Shown here: piece after piece, positions 48,340 to 58,767 of the stretch
How the letters are laid out: the number at the start of each line of letters is the position of its first letter
Numbering within the stretch: the stretch's first letter is position 1
Assembly (NCBI GenBank): GCA_902524385.1
Contig: CABZCZ010000002.1
Coordinates: 112,541 to 176,540 of the forward strand
Source: an uncultured Alphaproteobacteria bacterium
Lineage (GTDB): Bacteria > Pseudomonadota > Alphaproteobacteria > HIMB59 > GCA-002718135
Direction of reading: 5' to 3'
DNA: 64,000 nt
Made by a program: the position numbers and the translations under genes
Notes under the pieces: model-generated
Told to the model about the DNA's origin: nothing
The model's input: the letters and a program-made list of their open reading frames with translations, nothing else
The model's database searches: none

Positions 48340-49545
48340 ATGGAAATAAAATACTTTAATTCAAATTTTGACAAAATCACTCAAAATAAAGATACTGATC
48401 AAAGTATAACTAATGTAATAGAAAAACTGTCTTCTCTGAATATTATTTCAGATAAAAATTTATTAGAAGAAACTATAAAAATTTCAAATCAATTTAAAGA
48501 GAAAAAGGAAAAAATAATTGTATTTGGCACAGGAGGTTCAAATTTAGGAGCTAGAGCATTAAACAATATTATTTCCAATAATAAAATTACCTTAGAATTT
48601 TATGATAATGTTGACCCTATTAATTTTGAGAAAAATTTTCAAAATACTAATTTTGAGCTAACTGGCTTCCTAGTTATTTCAAAATCTGGTACTACACCAG
48701 AGACATTATCTCAATTTTCATGTCTCTATCAAAAGGCAATAGAAGCAAACAAAGTTGAAGTTTTTTTTTCAAATACTCTAATCATAACTGAATTTAAAGA
48801 ATCACCACTTTTTACAATAGCAAAAGATAATAATTGTTTACTATTAGAGCATCATAAAGATGTTGGAGGTAGATATTCTATATTTACCAATGTAGGTATA
48901 GTTCCTGCAATCATTTCTGGATTAAATATACATACACTTTTTAGTGGAGCATCTGAAGTAATTAATAATATTAATAATTACAGACCTTATGATCTTGGAA
49001 GATATTTAACTCAAAAAGAAAATATAAAATTCACTAATAATGTTTTAATGACATATTCTGATTCTCTTTATTTTTTTGGAAAATGGTATCTGCAACTTTG
49101 GGCAGAAAGTATTGGAAAAAATAATAAAGGTATTACAGCAATTCATTCAGTAGGGACTACTGATCAGCATAGTCAATTACAATTATATTTAGATGGACCT
49201 AAAGATAAATATTTTACTTTTATCACTACAGATCATTCAAATAAAGGCATAAAAATTCATAATGATATGTTTAAAGGAACTGCTGTTGACTATTTTAAAG
49301 ATAAAACAATGGGAGATTTAATGGAAGCTGAACAGCGTGCAACCATTGAAACTTTTAAATTAAATAATTTTAGTTTTAGACAAATCTATATTCCTAAAAT
49401 AGATGAACAAAACTTAGGTAAATTATTATCGTTTAGTATTATAGAAACAATTGCTTCCTGTATGTATTTAGATGTAGATCCTTTTGATCAACCTGCTGTT
49501 GAACAAGGTAAAAAACTAACAAAAACTTATTTAAGACAATTTTAA
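48340..49545 (+). CDS. pgi: Glucose-6-phosphate isomerase (short form)
   Basis: GTGGSNLG, SKSGTTPET, VGGRYS, QLWAES.GK, DQHS, PFDQPAVE.GK. Confidence 0.93.
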   Translation: MEIKYFNSNFDKITQNKDTDQSITNVIEKLSSLNIISDKNLLEETIKISNQFKEKKEKIIVFGTGGSNLGARALNNIISNNKITLEFYDNVDPINFEKNFQNTNFELTGFLVISKSGTTPETLSQFSCLYQKAIEANKVEVFFSNTLIITEFKESPLFTIAKDNNCLLLEHHKDVGGRYSIFTNVGIVPAIISGLNIHTLFSGASEVINNINNYRPYDLGRYLTQKENIKFTNNVLMTYSDSLYFFGKWYLQLWAESIGKNNKGITAIHSVGTTDQHSQLQLYLDGPKDKYFTFITTDHSNKGIKIHNDMFKGTAVDYFKDKTMGDLMEAEQRATIETFKLNNFSFRQIYIPKIDEQNLGKLLSFSIIETIASCMYLDVDPFDQPAVEQGKKLTKTYLRQF

Positions 49546-50091
49546 AAAATAAATTATTGTTTTACCGTAAGTTTTTTTTTGAAGTATATTTAAATTTTCT
49601 GGTATTATAATATTATCTTTCATACTCGTCTCCAAACCAATCAAAGTAGTATCTTTAACTTTATTTGATAAATTTTCTAAAAAATTTGTTAAATTATACT
49701 TTCCATATGGTGGATCAATATAAACAACTGAAATATTTTGAAATTCTACTTCTAATGTAGAATTAATAATGTCTTCATCATAAATTTTAAATTGATTATT
49801 TTTACAAATACCTAAGCAATTTTTTGTTAAAATATTAATAACATTAATATTATTCTCAAAAAAAATTACCTCACTTATGCCTCTAGAAATTGCCTCTAAA
49901 CCCATTGTGCCAATACCTGCGAAAAGATCTAAAAAAATTTTATTTTTATATAATTCAATAGAATTTTTGATTGCATAACTTTCAATAATTGAAAAAAAAG
50001 CTTCTCTTTTTAGAGAAGAAGTTGGTCTTACAAAATCATCAATGCTAGTTAATTTTTTTTGCTTAAACTTTCCTCCAGTAATCCGTATCAT
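49531..50091 (-). CDS. rsmD: 16S rRNA m2G966 methyltransferase
   Basis: RITGG, RPT, DLFAG.G..GLEAISRG, DPPY. Confidence 0.92.
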   Translation of the reverse strand: MIRITGGKFKQKKLTSIDDFVRPTSSLKREAFFSIIESYAIKNSIELYKNKIFLDLFAGIGTMGLEAISRGISEVIFFENNINVINILTKNCLGICKNNQFKIYDEDIINSTLEVEFQNISVVYIDPPYGKYNLTNFLENLSNKVKDTTLIGLETSMKDNIIIPENLNILQKKTYGKTIIYFLKLS

Positions 50092-50780
50092 TTGCTAATT
50101 GAATTTAATTTTTGAAATTGCCCTTCTTTAAGTCTTCCAAGCTTATAAGGGCCATATCCAATTCTTATTAATTTAACTATTTTCCATGAAAAATAATTAC
50201 AAATATTTCTAATTTCTCTATTTTTTCCTTCTTTAAGTTTAAAAATTAACCAACTGTGATTTTTTAATTTTTTTTCATAGGCAACTTTAATTTTTTTATA
50301 ACTTATTTTTTTAATGGTAATTCCTTTATTTATTTTTTGTAAATCTGTATTTTGTACATTGCTATTTAAACAAACTCTATAGATCCGCTCAATGTTTGAA
50401 GATGGATGTTCTAAATATCTTGAATAATCACCATTATTAGTTAGCAAGACCAATCCTTCACTCATATAATCTAATCTTCCAACACTTATTAATTGACCAA
50501 TATTTTTTGGTAATAAATCAAAAATTTTTTTTCTACCTAAACTATCTTTTGTACTACAAATATATTTTACTGGTTTATATAACTTCCATACTTCAACTTT
50601 ATTTGCTTTTTTAACAATTTTATTATTAACTTTAATTACATCTAAATTACTTACTTTATGACTTGGATGAACGCATAGTTGATTATTAATTTTGATTTTT
50701 TTTTCTACAATTAATTTTTCTGCATCTCTTCGTGAACAAATTCCAGCACTGGATAGATATTTTGAAATTCTAATATTCAC
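50088..50780 (-). CDS. rluB: rRNA pseudouridine synthase (RluB/RsuA family)
   Basis: S4 domain CSRRDAE, VGRLD, EGKNREIR. Confidence 0.85.
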   Translation of the reverse strand: MNIRISKYLSSAGICSRRDAEKLIVEKKIKINNQLCVHPSHKVSNLDVIKVNNKIVKKANKVEVWKLYKPVKYICSTKDSLGRKKIFDLLPKNIGQLISVGRLDYMSEGLVLLTNNGDYSRYLEHPSSNIERIYRVCLNSNVQNTDLQKINKGITIKKISYKKIKVAYEKKLKNHSWLIFKLKEGKNREIRNICNYFSWKIVKLIRIGYGPYKLGRLKEGQFQKLNSISK

Positions 50781-51475
50781 TTTGTTTCACTAATAAAATT
50801 ATTAATTATTTTTATGTCATATTTTGTAATTAAAAATTCAGGATGCCATTGTAAGCCAATACACCATTTATGTTTTTTATGCTCTATTCCTTCAATAACA
50901 CCATCATTGGCTGTACATGAAACATTTAAGTCCTTACCTACTTTTTTTACTGACTGATGATGTGCACTATTAACATTTATTTTTTGAGTCCCACATATTT
51001 CATGTAGTTGAGTATTTTCTGAAATATTAACACTATGACTAGTTTGATTTCTTGGATTTACTTGTTCATGGTTTATCGGGTCTCTTTTTAAATCTTGTAT
51101 TAATGTTCCACCACATGCAACATTAATAAGTTGCGCACCACCACAAATTCCCAATATAGGTTTGTTATATTTAAAAAAATTATTGAAAATATTTATTTCA
51201 AAATTTGTTCTCTTATTTTTAATATTTTTAGATTGAGTGTTACTTGTTTTATATAATTTGGGATTAATATCAAAATCTCCTCCAGTTATAATTAAACCAT
51301 CAATTAAATGACAAAAATCATCAATATATTTTTTTTCGTGCAACAGAGGAAACGGAATAGCATTAAATTTTGTTAAGGAAGTTAAATAATTTTCCCTCAA
51401 TGCATACCATGGAAACTTTGAGTATGTTTTCTTTTTTTCACTATCAAGAGATATTCCAATAATTGGTTTTTTCAT
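50777..51475 (-). CDS. Gamma-glutamyl-GABA hydrolase family amidase (peptidase C26)
   Basis: TGG.D..P, GICGG.Q, VNSAHHQ, QWHPE. Confidence 0.88.
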   Translation of the reverse strand: MKKPIIGISLDSEKKKTYSKFPWYALRENYLTSLTKFNAIPFPLLHEKKYIDDFCHLIDGLIITGGDFDINPKLYKTSNTQSKNIKNKRTNFEINIFNNFFKYNKPILGICGGAQLINVACGGTLIQDLKRDPINHEQVNPRNQTSHSVNISENTQLHEICGTQKINVNSAHHQSVKKVGKDLNVSCTANDGVIEGIEHKKHKWCIGLQWHPEFLITKYDIKIINNFISETK

Positions 51476-51515
51476 TATAATTCAATTATAATGTACAACA
51501 TAAGTGTGTTCCAGA

Positions 51516-51971
51516 ATGAACGTTGATTTTTTTATGAAAGAAGCAATTATAGAAGCAGACAAAGCTTATAATTTAAATGAGATTCCAGTTGGGGGAATAC
51601 TTGTCGATAATACAACGAACAAGATTGTAGCCAGAAGTTACAATACAGTAAATAAAGATAAAAATGCTATCAAGCATTGTGAATTAAATCTAATTCAAGA
51701 AACTTGTGAAAAACTAAAGCTAAAATATTTAGAGAATATGACATTATTTGTTACCTTGGAACCATGCACTATGTGTGCTAGTGCAATAAGTGAGGTACAT
51801 ATTAAAGATGTATATTTTGGGGCTTATGATGAAAAAAATGGAGGAATTGAAAAACTCCGAGTTGCTTTTCAAAGACAAAATATATTTATGCCAAGTATTT
51901 ATGGTGGCATTATGGAAAAAGAATGTAGTAGTTTACTAAAAAAATTTTTTAAAAATAAAAGTGATAGATAA
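51516..51971 (+). CDS. tadA: tRNA adenosine deaminase
   Basis: EIPVG, HCE (HxE), TLEPCTMC; start reassigned to ATG 51516. Confidence 0.88.
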   Translation: MNVDFFMKEAIIEADKAYNLNEIPVGGILVDNTTNKIVARSYNTVNKDKNAIKHCELNLIQETCEKLKLKYLENMTLFVTLEPCTMCASAISEVHIKDVYFGAYDEKNGGIEKLRVAFQRQNIFMPSIYGGIMEKECSSLLKKFFKNKSDR

Positions 51972-53292
51972 AATTAATATACCAGAATTTGAGGTTTCAG
52001 AATTTAACCAAGCGTTTAAAGAAGTAATTGAGTCCAATTTTAATTATGTAAGAATTAAAGGAGAAATTTCTGAAGTTAAAACTGCAACAAGAGGTCAAAT
52101 CTATTTAACACTTAAAGACGAGGATTCTATTTTAAGTGGAGTTATCTGGGATCAGAAAAAAAAATATTTAGATATAAATCCAGAAATAGGACTAGAAATA
52201 ATAGCAATTGGCAGAATCACCACTTGGTCTCGCTATAAAACTACTTACCAAATTGATATTGATAAAATTGAAATTGCAGGAGAGGGGGCACTTTTAAAAC
52301 TTATTGAAGAAAGAAAAAAAAGACTTCAAAGAGAAGGCTATTTTGATGAAGATAAAAAAATTCCATTACCTTTTTTACCTGAGAGATTAGGTATTATTAC
52401 CTCTCCCACTGGCTCTGTAGTACATGACATAATTAATAGGGTGAATGATCGTTTTCCAATGCCATTAGATATATGGCCTGTTTCTGTTCAGGGTGTTGAC
52501 GCAGCAGATAGCATTATAAATGCTATTGTAGGTTTCAATAACCTTAAATCTAGTAAACCAGATATTCTTATTGTTGCTAGAGGTGGAGGTAGTACTGAAG
52601 ACTTAATGGCATTTAATGATGAAAATCTTGCAACAACTGTTTTTGAATCAAAGATACCAATTATTTCAGCAATAGGTCATGAAACAGATACAACAATTAT
52701 TGATTTAGTATCAGATTTGAGAGCTTCTACACCAACTGCAGCAGCTGAAAAAGCTACTCCAGTTAGATTTGAATTAATAGAAAAAATTAATAATTTACAA
52801 CTAAGATTAAGCACAAAAGTAAATTCACAAATTCAATCCAAAAAAGAAAATTATGAATATTTAAATAAATTTCTCAAATCTCCAAGCTTGATAGTTAATA
52901 ATTATAAGGAGAAGCTTTTAGACGATTTTAAAAATTTAACATTATCGATTGAAAATAAATTTAGTATATCAAAATTGAATCTTCTTAACCTGGGAAAATC
53001 TATTATTTCACCAGATTCATCAATAAACTTAAAACAAACAAAGATTAACAATCTTTCAAAAAATCTTAATTTAAATATAGCTAATAATTATAAAGATAAG
53101 CTTGAAAAATATAAGTCTAATATAAGATTGCTCAATTCTAATTCTATTTCTTCAAATCTTAAAAAAGGATACTCAATTTTGATGGATAAAAAGAATATTG
53201 TTAAGACAAGTAAAAAAATTACTACTGACGATCAATTATCAGTGAAACTTATTGATGGTACAATTGATATAAAAGTAACAAAAATTAACTAA
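51961..53292 (+). CDS. xseA: Exodeoxyribonuclease VII large subunit
   Basis: GEIS, Y.TLKD, ARGGGS.EDL..FN, GHETD, TPTAAA. Confidence 0.95.
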   Translation: MIDKINIPEFEVSEFNQAFKEVIESNFNYVRIKGEISEVKTATRGQIYLTLKDEDSILSGVIWDQKKKYLDINPEIGLEIIAIGRITTWSRYKTTYQIDIDKIEIAGEGALLKLIEERKKRLQREGYFDEDKKIPLPFLPERLGIITSPTGSVVHDIINRVNDRFPMPLDIWPVSVQGVDAADSIINAIVGFNNLKSSKPDILIVARGGGSTEDLMAFNDENLATTVFESKIPIISAIGHETDTTIIDLVSDLRASTPTAAAEKATPVRFELIEKINNLQLRLSTKVNSQIQSKKENYEYLNKFLKSPSLIVNNYKEKLLDDFKNLTLSIENKFSISKLNLLNLGKSIISPDSSINLKQTKINNLSKNLNLNIANNYKDKLEKYKSNIRLLNSNSISSNLKKGYSILMDKKNIVKTSKKITTDDQLSVKLIDGTIDIKVTKIN

Positions 53293-54148
53293 ATCTTTTA
53301 TGCTGCCAGAACCATTGACTGGGTTCTGCTTTAATCCACTGTTCAACCTTATTATGAATTTCTTCCATCATCTGAGTATCATTAATTTCTAAATTATTAT
53401 GATAAATTGGCTGTAAAAACGTTAGCTCAATATTTCCATTATCAATTCTTTTATTTTGTATTGGAATTATTGGTAAGTTATATTTTCTAGCTATTTTTAA
53501 AAAACCTGTTTGTGTTTTAACTTTTTTATTAAAAAACATCACTTCTTCTCCTGAGGAGTCTTTTTGATCTATTAATAATACAATTGATAAAGAATTATTT
53601 ATTGCATCAACAACATCTTTTGCACTTTTCTTACCCTTGGGAGTATAAAAGCTATTTTTAGAAACAAGAGAATTTTGTCTGATATTAAGTATTAGTTTAT
53701 CAATAAAATTATTGTTTATATGCCTATAAATGCCACCAATATTAATTCCAATTCTATCTAAACCTGGAACTAATACTTCCCAATTAGATTGATGAATACT
53801 AATAAAAATTGCTTGTTTTTTATTTTTAATAAAATCTTCTATATTTTCTAAGTTGATATACTTTATTTTATTTTTAATAAAAATATCATTTATTCTTAGA
53901 AGTTCACAAATTGTAATTCCAAGATTATTCCAACTTTTTTTAATAATATTTTGTATTTCTTCATCTTTAAGATTTGGGAAAACATACTTACAATTATTTA
54001 TAGCTGTTTTATTCGCTCGTGAAAATTTACCAAAAGTTCTAAATAAAAATGATGAAACTTTCAAAGATAGATTGAGTGGTAAAATTTTATATAAAAAATA
54101 AATAAAAATAAATCCAATATACTGTAAAAAGTAAATCATCTGCTTCAT
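53285..54148 (-). CDS. lpxL: Lipid A late acyltransferase (LpxL/HtrB family)
   Basis: HQSNWE, LIDQ, QWFWQHKRF; in lipid A operon. Confidence 0.85.
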   Translation of the reverse strand: MKQMIYFLQYIGFIFIYFLYKILPLNLSLKVSSFLFRTFGKFSRANKTAINNCKYVFPNLKDEEIQNIIKKSWNNLGITICELLRINDIFIKNKIKYINLENIEDFIKNKKQAIFISIHQSNWEVLVPGLDRIGINIGGIYRHINNNFIDKLILNIRQNSLVSKNSFYTPKGKKSAKDVVDAINNSLSIVLLIDQKDSSGEEVMFFNKKVKTQTGFLKIARKYNLPIIPIQNKRIDNGNIELTFLQPIYHNNLEINDTQMMEEIHNKVEQWIKAEPSQWFWQHKRFS

Positions 54149-55143
54149 AGTGCTAAATCATTAATTTTATTTTCTAGTACATTACTTAAAATCTCTTTGA
54201 GTAAATTTTCATCTTCAAATTTGATTTCACCATTAAGTGTGCTAACTAAAGTACGATATGATTTTGGTATTCTTACAAAATCTTTTTTTGTAGTAACCAA
54301 TATAGATTTTGTAAGATTAGCATTTTCAGCAAGATTTAACATGTCATTTTCATCAAATATATGGTGATCTGGGTAGCTAATTTTTTTTTCTAAAATAGCG
54401 CCTTGTTCAGTTAGTGAATTATAAAATTTTTCGGGATAAGCGATGCCTGCAAAAGCTGTCACTTTTTGATTTTTATAAATTTTATTATCCGTACTAATTT
54501 GAAACTTAGCATGAATAATTGGAACAGTGCTAGGTATTTTATCTCTAACATCTTGAGCAATGTCACCAATTACAATTACTAAATTTGCTCTAGAAATACC
54601 TCTTGATATACTCTCCCTAAGAGGTCCAGATGGAATCACTCGTTTATTTCCAAATCCTTGTTCACCATTAATTACTATAATTGAAAAATCTTTCTGAAGA
54701 GTTGGATTTTGAAAGCCATCATCCATAATTATGCAGTCAGCACCTTTTTCTTTAGCTAAGAAAAAAGATCTATTTCTATTTTGTCCGATCCAGGTTGGTG
54801 CAACTTCAGCTAGTAACAAAGACTCATCCCCAACACTTTTTGCTGAATGCCACTCTTCAACGAGAACATTGGATGTTTCAACTCCTCCATAACCCCTTGA
54901 AACAAAGTGAGGATTATATCCATTAAGTTTTAATAAATTTCCAATTTTTAATGCAACAGGTGTTTTACCAGCACCTCCCACCACTATATTGCCAATACAA
55001 ATCACAGGAATTCCAGAAGATTTTTTTCTACTTACAAAATTTCTTATCTTTGTTCCAAATCTAAATAGTAATGAGAGTGGGTATAAAGAATTAGATAAAT
55101 ATGTATCATTTTTTTTATACCAAAATTTAGGAGCTTTAAGCAT
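54145..55143 (-). CDS. lpxK: Tetraacyldisaccharide 4'-kinase
   Basis: GN..GGAGKTP, SRGYG, GDE, DDGFQ, P.GPLRE; start reassigned to MLKAPKFW. Confidence 0.93.
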   Translation of the reverse strand: MLKAPKFWYKKNDTYLSNSLYPLSLLFRFGTKIRNFVSRKKSSGIPVICIGNIVVGGAGKTPVALKIGNLLKLNGYNPHFVSRGYGGVETSNVLVEEWHSAKSVGDESLLLAEVAPTWIGQNRNRSFFLAKEKGADCIIMDDGFQNPTLQKDFSIIVINGEQGFGNKRVIPSGPLRESISRGISRANLVIVIGDIAQDVRDKIPSTVPIIHAKFQISTDNKIYKNQKVTAFAGIAYPEKFYNSLTEQGAILEKKISYPDHHIFDENDMLNLAENANLTKSILVTTKKDFVRIPKSYRTLVSTLNGEIKFEDENLLKEILSNVLENKINDLAL

Positions 55144-56365
55144 TGTAATTAATGTACTTTTCGATGTCTTTGAAAAGCTTTTCTTTTTCAAAGAAAGATC
55201 TATTAGAAAACTTAAGTGCATTTGCTTGAATTTTTTTTATTTCCAAATTATTATTTAGTAGTTCTTTCATCTTTATATCAATATTTTCAAAATTATTTAC
55301 CATTATACATGATTTTGCTTTTACCATATCTTCATAAATATTAGTCCAATTATCAACATAATTACCGCTAATAATAGCACATCCATAACTTGCAGGCTCT
55401 ATAGGATTATGTCCGCCAATATTTTTTAAAAAAGAACCACCTAAAATAACTAAATCACTAATTTTAAAATATTGATCTAATTTTCCAAAACTATCAATTA
55501 TTACGATATTATTTTCCTCAAATTCTTTTTTAGATTCTAAAGAAATAGTAAATCCTTCTTTATTTAATTCTTGCTTAATTTTACTAATTCTTTCCGGATG
55601 CCTTGGTGCAAGATAAATTTTTAAATTAAATTCATGAATTGTTTTTTTAATACATTTAATTATCTCTTTTTCCTCATTAAAATGAGTACTCACAATCATG
55701 ATTGTATTTGATTGATCTTTATTTATTGAAGAATTGTTTTTGTTAATAGCTAATTTTAAATTTCCAACATAATCAATTTGTAAGCTTGTTAATTCTTGAA
55801 TTCTTTTTTTGTCATCTTTGCTTTGCGCAAAAATTTTATTAAAACTCTTTAATGAATTTCTGTAGAAATTTTTTGTATTTTTCCATTTTTTAAAAGATGA
55901 TGGAGAAATCCTTGCATTTAAATATAAACAATTGATATTTTTAACTCTAATTTTATTAAGCATATTTGGCCAAATATCTGACTCTATCCATAGAATCAGA
56001 TTTGGCTTCCAAAAGTTTAAAAATCTTGAACACCACAGAGGCACATCAAATGGGATGTACTGATGGATAATTTTATTTTTATAAAACTGCTTAATATATT
56101 CTGCTGAAGATTTTGTTGTTGTAGTAACTAAAATATCAAATACTTTATGATATCGTTCTATAATTAATTCTGAAGATTTAAATTCGCCAATACTTGCTGC
56201 ATGTATCCATAAAGTTTTTTTCTTAGTACTTTTTTTTACCGTTGATTTTCCAAACCTTTCAATAAATCTTAGCCTATCCTCCTTTTTTCTATAGATACGA
56301 ATAAATATATTAAAAATAATTACTGGTATGAGAAGAGTACTGAGTATTTGATATATTCTAAGCAT
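55136..56365 (-). CDS. waaA: Kdo transferase
   Basis: WIHAASIGE, ESDIWP, APRHPER, GGHNPIEP. Confidence 0.93.
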   Translation of the reverse strand: MLRIYQILSTLLIPVIIFNIFIRIYRKKEDRLRFIERFGKSTVKKSTKKKTLWIHAASIGEFKSSELIIERYHKVFDILVTTTTKSSAEYIKQFYKNKIIHQYIPFDVPLWCSRFLNFWKPNLILWIESDIWPNMLNKIRVKNINCLYLNARISPSSFKKWKNTKNFYRNSLKSFNKIFAQSKDDKKRIQELTSLQIDYVGNLKLAINKNNSSINKDQSNTIMIVSTHFNEEKEIIKCIKKTIHEFNLKIYLAPRHPERISKIKQELNKEGFTISLESKKEFEENNIVIIDSFGKLDQYFKISDLVILGGSFLKNIGGHNPIEPASYGCAIISGNYVDNWTNIYEDMVKAKSCIMVNNFENIDIKMKELLNNNLEIKKIQANALKFSNRSFFEKEKLFKDIEKYINYNA

Positions 56366-57029
56366 TTAGATTTTTTTCTGCTGATACCATGCAATCATTA
56401 ATTTTTCCTTCCAAGAAATTCTTATATTTATCTAAATCATCATCTTTAGTAGAAGAAGGAATACTAATTGGTTCACCCCAGACAAATCTACATTTTGAAA
56501 ATGGATATGTTATTAAAAATGAATCCCAAGATTTAAGTTTAAGATTTTTATTTGAAGCAAAACCAAGTGGTATAATTGGGACTTGAGAATGAATTGCAAT
56601 TTTTATAATTCCTTCTGAGACTTTCTTATTTGGTCCTCTTGGTCCATCAGGAGTAATACCAATATAATTTCTATCTTTTAAAATTTTAAATACTTTCCTT
56701 AATGACGGTGATTTATTTTTTGACATTATAGAAACATTTTTTAAATTAAAATGACCTGCAATATATGCACCAAATCGACCATCACTATGGCTAGATGCTA
56801 ACATATTTAACACAGCTTTACTTTTCCATACATGTCCTATCATCATCAATTGACCATGCCAAAATGCCAAAATAAAAGGTTTATTCTCTCTCCACAATTT
56901 TTCTGGTAACTCAGAGTTTATAATCTGTATTTTAGAAGTGTAACATACGAATAAGATATATAGGTAACCTATAAATGCCAAAATTTTTTGAGATATAGAA
57001 AATTTAAAAATTTTTTTTTTAAAACTCAT
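56358..57029 (-). CDS. DUF374 lysophospholipid acyltransferase-family protein
   Basis: FWHG, S.HSDG, TPDGPRGP, SWD..PF. Confidence 0.85.
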   Translation of the reverse strand: MSFKKKIFKFSISQKILAFIGYLYILFVCYTSKIQIINSELPEKLWRENKPFILAFWHGQLMMIGHVWKSKAVLNMLASSHSDGRFGAYIAGHFNLKNVSIMSKNKSPSLRKVFKILKDRNYIGITPDGPRGPNKKVSEGIIKIAIHSQVPIIPLGFASNKNLKLKSWDSFLITYPFSKCRFVWGEPISIPSSTKDDDLDKYKNFLEGKINDCMVSAEKNLNA

Positions 57030-58767
57030 TTTCCAACTGTTCTTTTAGTTGTAATTTTTTGTAAATATTAGATTTTAAAATTAGCTCTTCATGTGATCCT
57101 TGATTTTTAATTTTGCCTTTGTCTAGAACGTAGATTATGTCTGCATCTTCTATTGTGCTTAATCTATGTGCAATTATTAATTTGGTTTTATTATTCATAA
57201 GATTGTTAATCGTTTCATGAATCTTATTTTCAGTTATGTTATCAAGAGAAGATGTAGCTTCATCCATAATTAAAAATGGTGCATCTTTAATAAGAGCTCG
57301 AGCAATAGCAATTCTTTGTCGTTGTCCACCTGACAATTTTATACCGTTTTCTCCGATGACGGTATGTAATTTTTGTTCCAATTCTTCTGAAAAACTATTC
57401 ACTCCAGCTTTTTTAGCAACTGAAATTATTTCTTCATCGCTTGCTTTTAGATTTCCATATTTAATATTATTAAATATACTCTCGTTGAACAGAATTGTTT
57501 CTTGCGTAACTATTGAAACACTATTTCTTAAATCTATCAGATCTAGCTCTTTTATATCTTTAGAATTAATTAATATAGAGCCTGAATAATTATCATATAA
57601 TCGCAAAATTATATTTGCTATAGTTGATTTACCAGATCCAGATAAACCAACTAATGCAACTTTTTTTCCTTTTGGTATTCTTAAACTTATTTTATCAAGT
57701 ACTGTATTATCGTTATATGCAAATGAAACGTCTTTAAAAACAATGTCTCCATCTAGATCTATGGTTTTTTTTGGAGAAATATTTTCCATATTTTTTTCGC
57801 TTGTATCTAAAAGTTTAAATATTCTCTCAGCTCCAGCTAGTCCTTCTTGGACACTAATGTTTAAATTGCCAAGTGCCTTTACCGGTTGATAAGCCAGAAG
57901 AAGACTTACTAAAAAACTCATAAATTGACCTGTTGTCATACTTTCATTTAAGACAAAAACACCCCCAGCATAAATTGAGAGTGCTACAGCTAAACTTCCA
58001 ATAAATTCCATTAAAGGGCTTAAGCGATTGCTTATAAAAGCAGATTTTGTAAAATATTTTTGAATGAAAGTAATTGTTTCAAAAGCTCTTTGTTTTTCAT
58101 AGTTTTCTCTCGAGTATGCTTTTACTTGTCTAATACCTTTAATGCTCTCAGCTAATACATTAGAAAAAACTGCAATTTCGTTTTGGATAGTGTAAGTAAT
58201 TTTTCTTATACTCTTTCCAATTTTTCTTATGGGCCAGATTGCTAAAGGGAATGCAAAAAAAGCAAAAAGAGTTAGAGTCCAACTTTGGTAAAACATATTA
58301 CCTAGTAAAAAAATAATAACTAAAACATCTTTTATAATTCCTGTTACAGATTTAACTATTGCAAGTCTTAAGTAGTAAGTATCATTTATGAGTCTTGAAA
58401 TTAAATTACCTGACTTAGAGTCATTATAAAATTTCATATTCAAATACATAAGTTTTTCAAACATCTGAGTTTGAAGTTTTGCAATAATAGAATGTGCAAC
58501 TTTACTCATTTGATAAGAGTGAGTATATGTTGCCAATCCTTTACAGAGCGTCACTACAATAATTGCAATTGGAATTAAAAATAACATTTCTTTATTCCCT
58601 TTGATTAATACTTCATCAAGCGCAGGTCTTACTAACCAAGCATGTAAACCTGTTGCTGCTGCTGAGATAACCATCATCAATAAAGCTAATATTATTTTGA
58701 GTTTATGACTCATTAAATAATGAAAAACTATTCTTGAAGTAACTGACTGTTTTTTATCTGCAGACAT
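57019..58767 (-). CDS. msbA: Lipid A export ABC transporter
   Basis: TMD+NBD fusion, GLSGSGKS, LSGGQRQR, DEATS; upstream of waaA/lpxK. Confidence 0.88.
   Translation of the reverse strand: MSADKKQSVTSRIVFHYLMSHKLKIILALLMMVISAAATGLHAWLVRPALDEVLIKGNKEMLFLIPIAIIVVTLCKGLATYTHSYQMSKVAHSIIAKLQTQMFEKLMYLNMKFYNDSKSGNLISRLINDTYYLRLAIVKSVTGIIKDVLVIIFLLGNMFYQSWTLTLFAFFAFPLAIWPIRKIGKSIRKITYTIQNEIAVFSNVLAESIKGIRQVKAYSRENYEKQRAFETITFIQKYFTKSAFISNRLSPLMEFIGSLAVALSIYAGGVFVLNESMTTGQFMSFLVSLLLAYQPVKALGNLNISVQEGLAGAERIFKLLDTSEKNMENISPKKTIDLDGDIVFKDVSFAYNDNTVLDKISLRIPKGKKVALVGLSGSGKSTIANIILRLYDNYSGSILINSKDIKELDLIDLRNSVSIVTQETILFNESIFNNIKYGNLKASDEEIISVAKKAGVNSFSEELEQKLHTVIGENGIKLSGGQRQRIAIARALIKDAPFLIMDEATSSLDNITENKIHETINNLMNNKTKLIIAHRLSTIEDADIIYVLDKGKIKNQGSHEELILKSNIYKKLQLKEQLENEF

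Noticed and set aside
51516-51971. HCE instead of HAE in TadA
   Set aside because: HxE and PCxxC Zn ligands are intact; ordinary variation.
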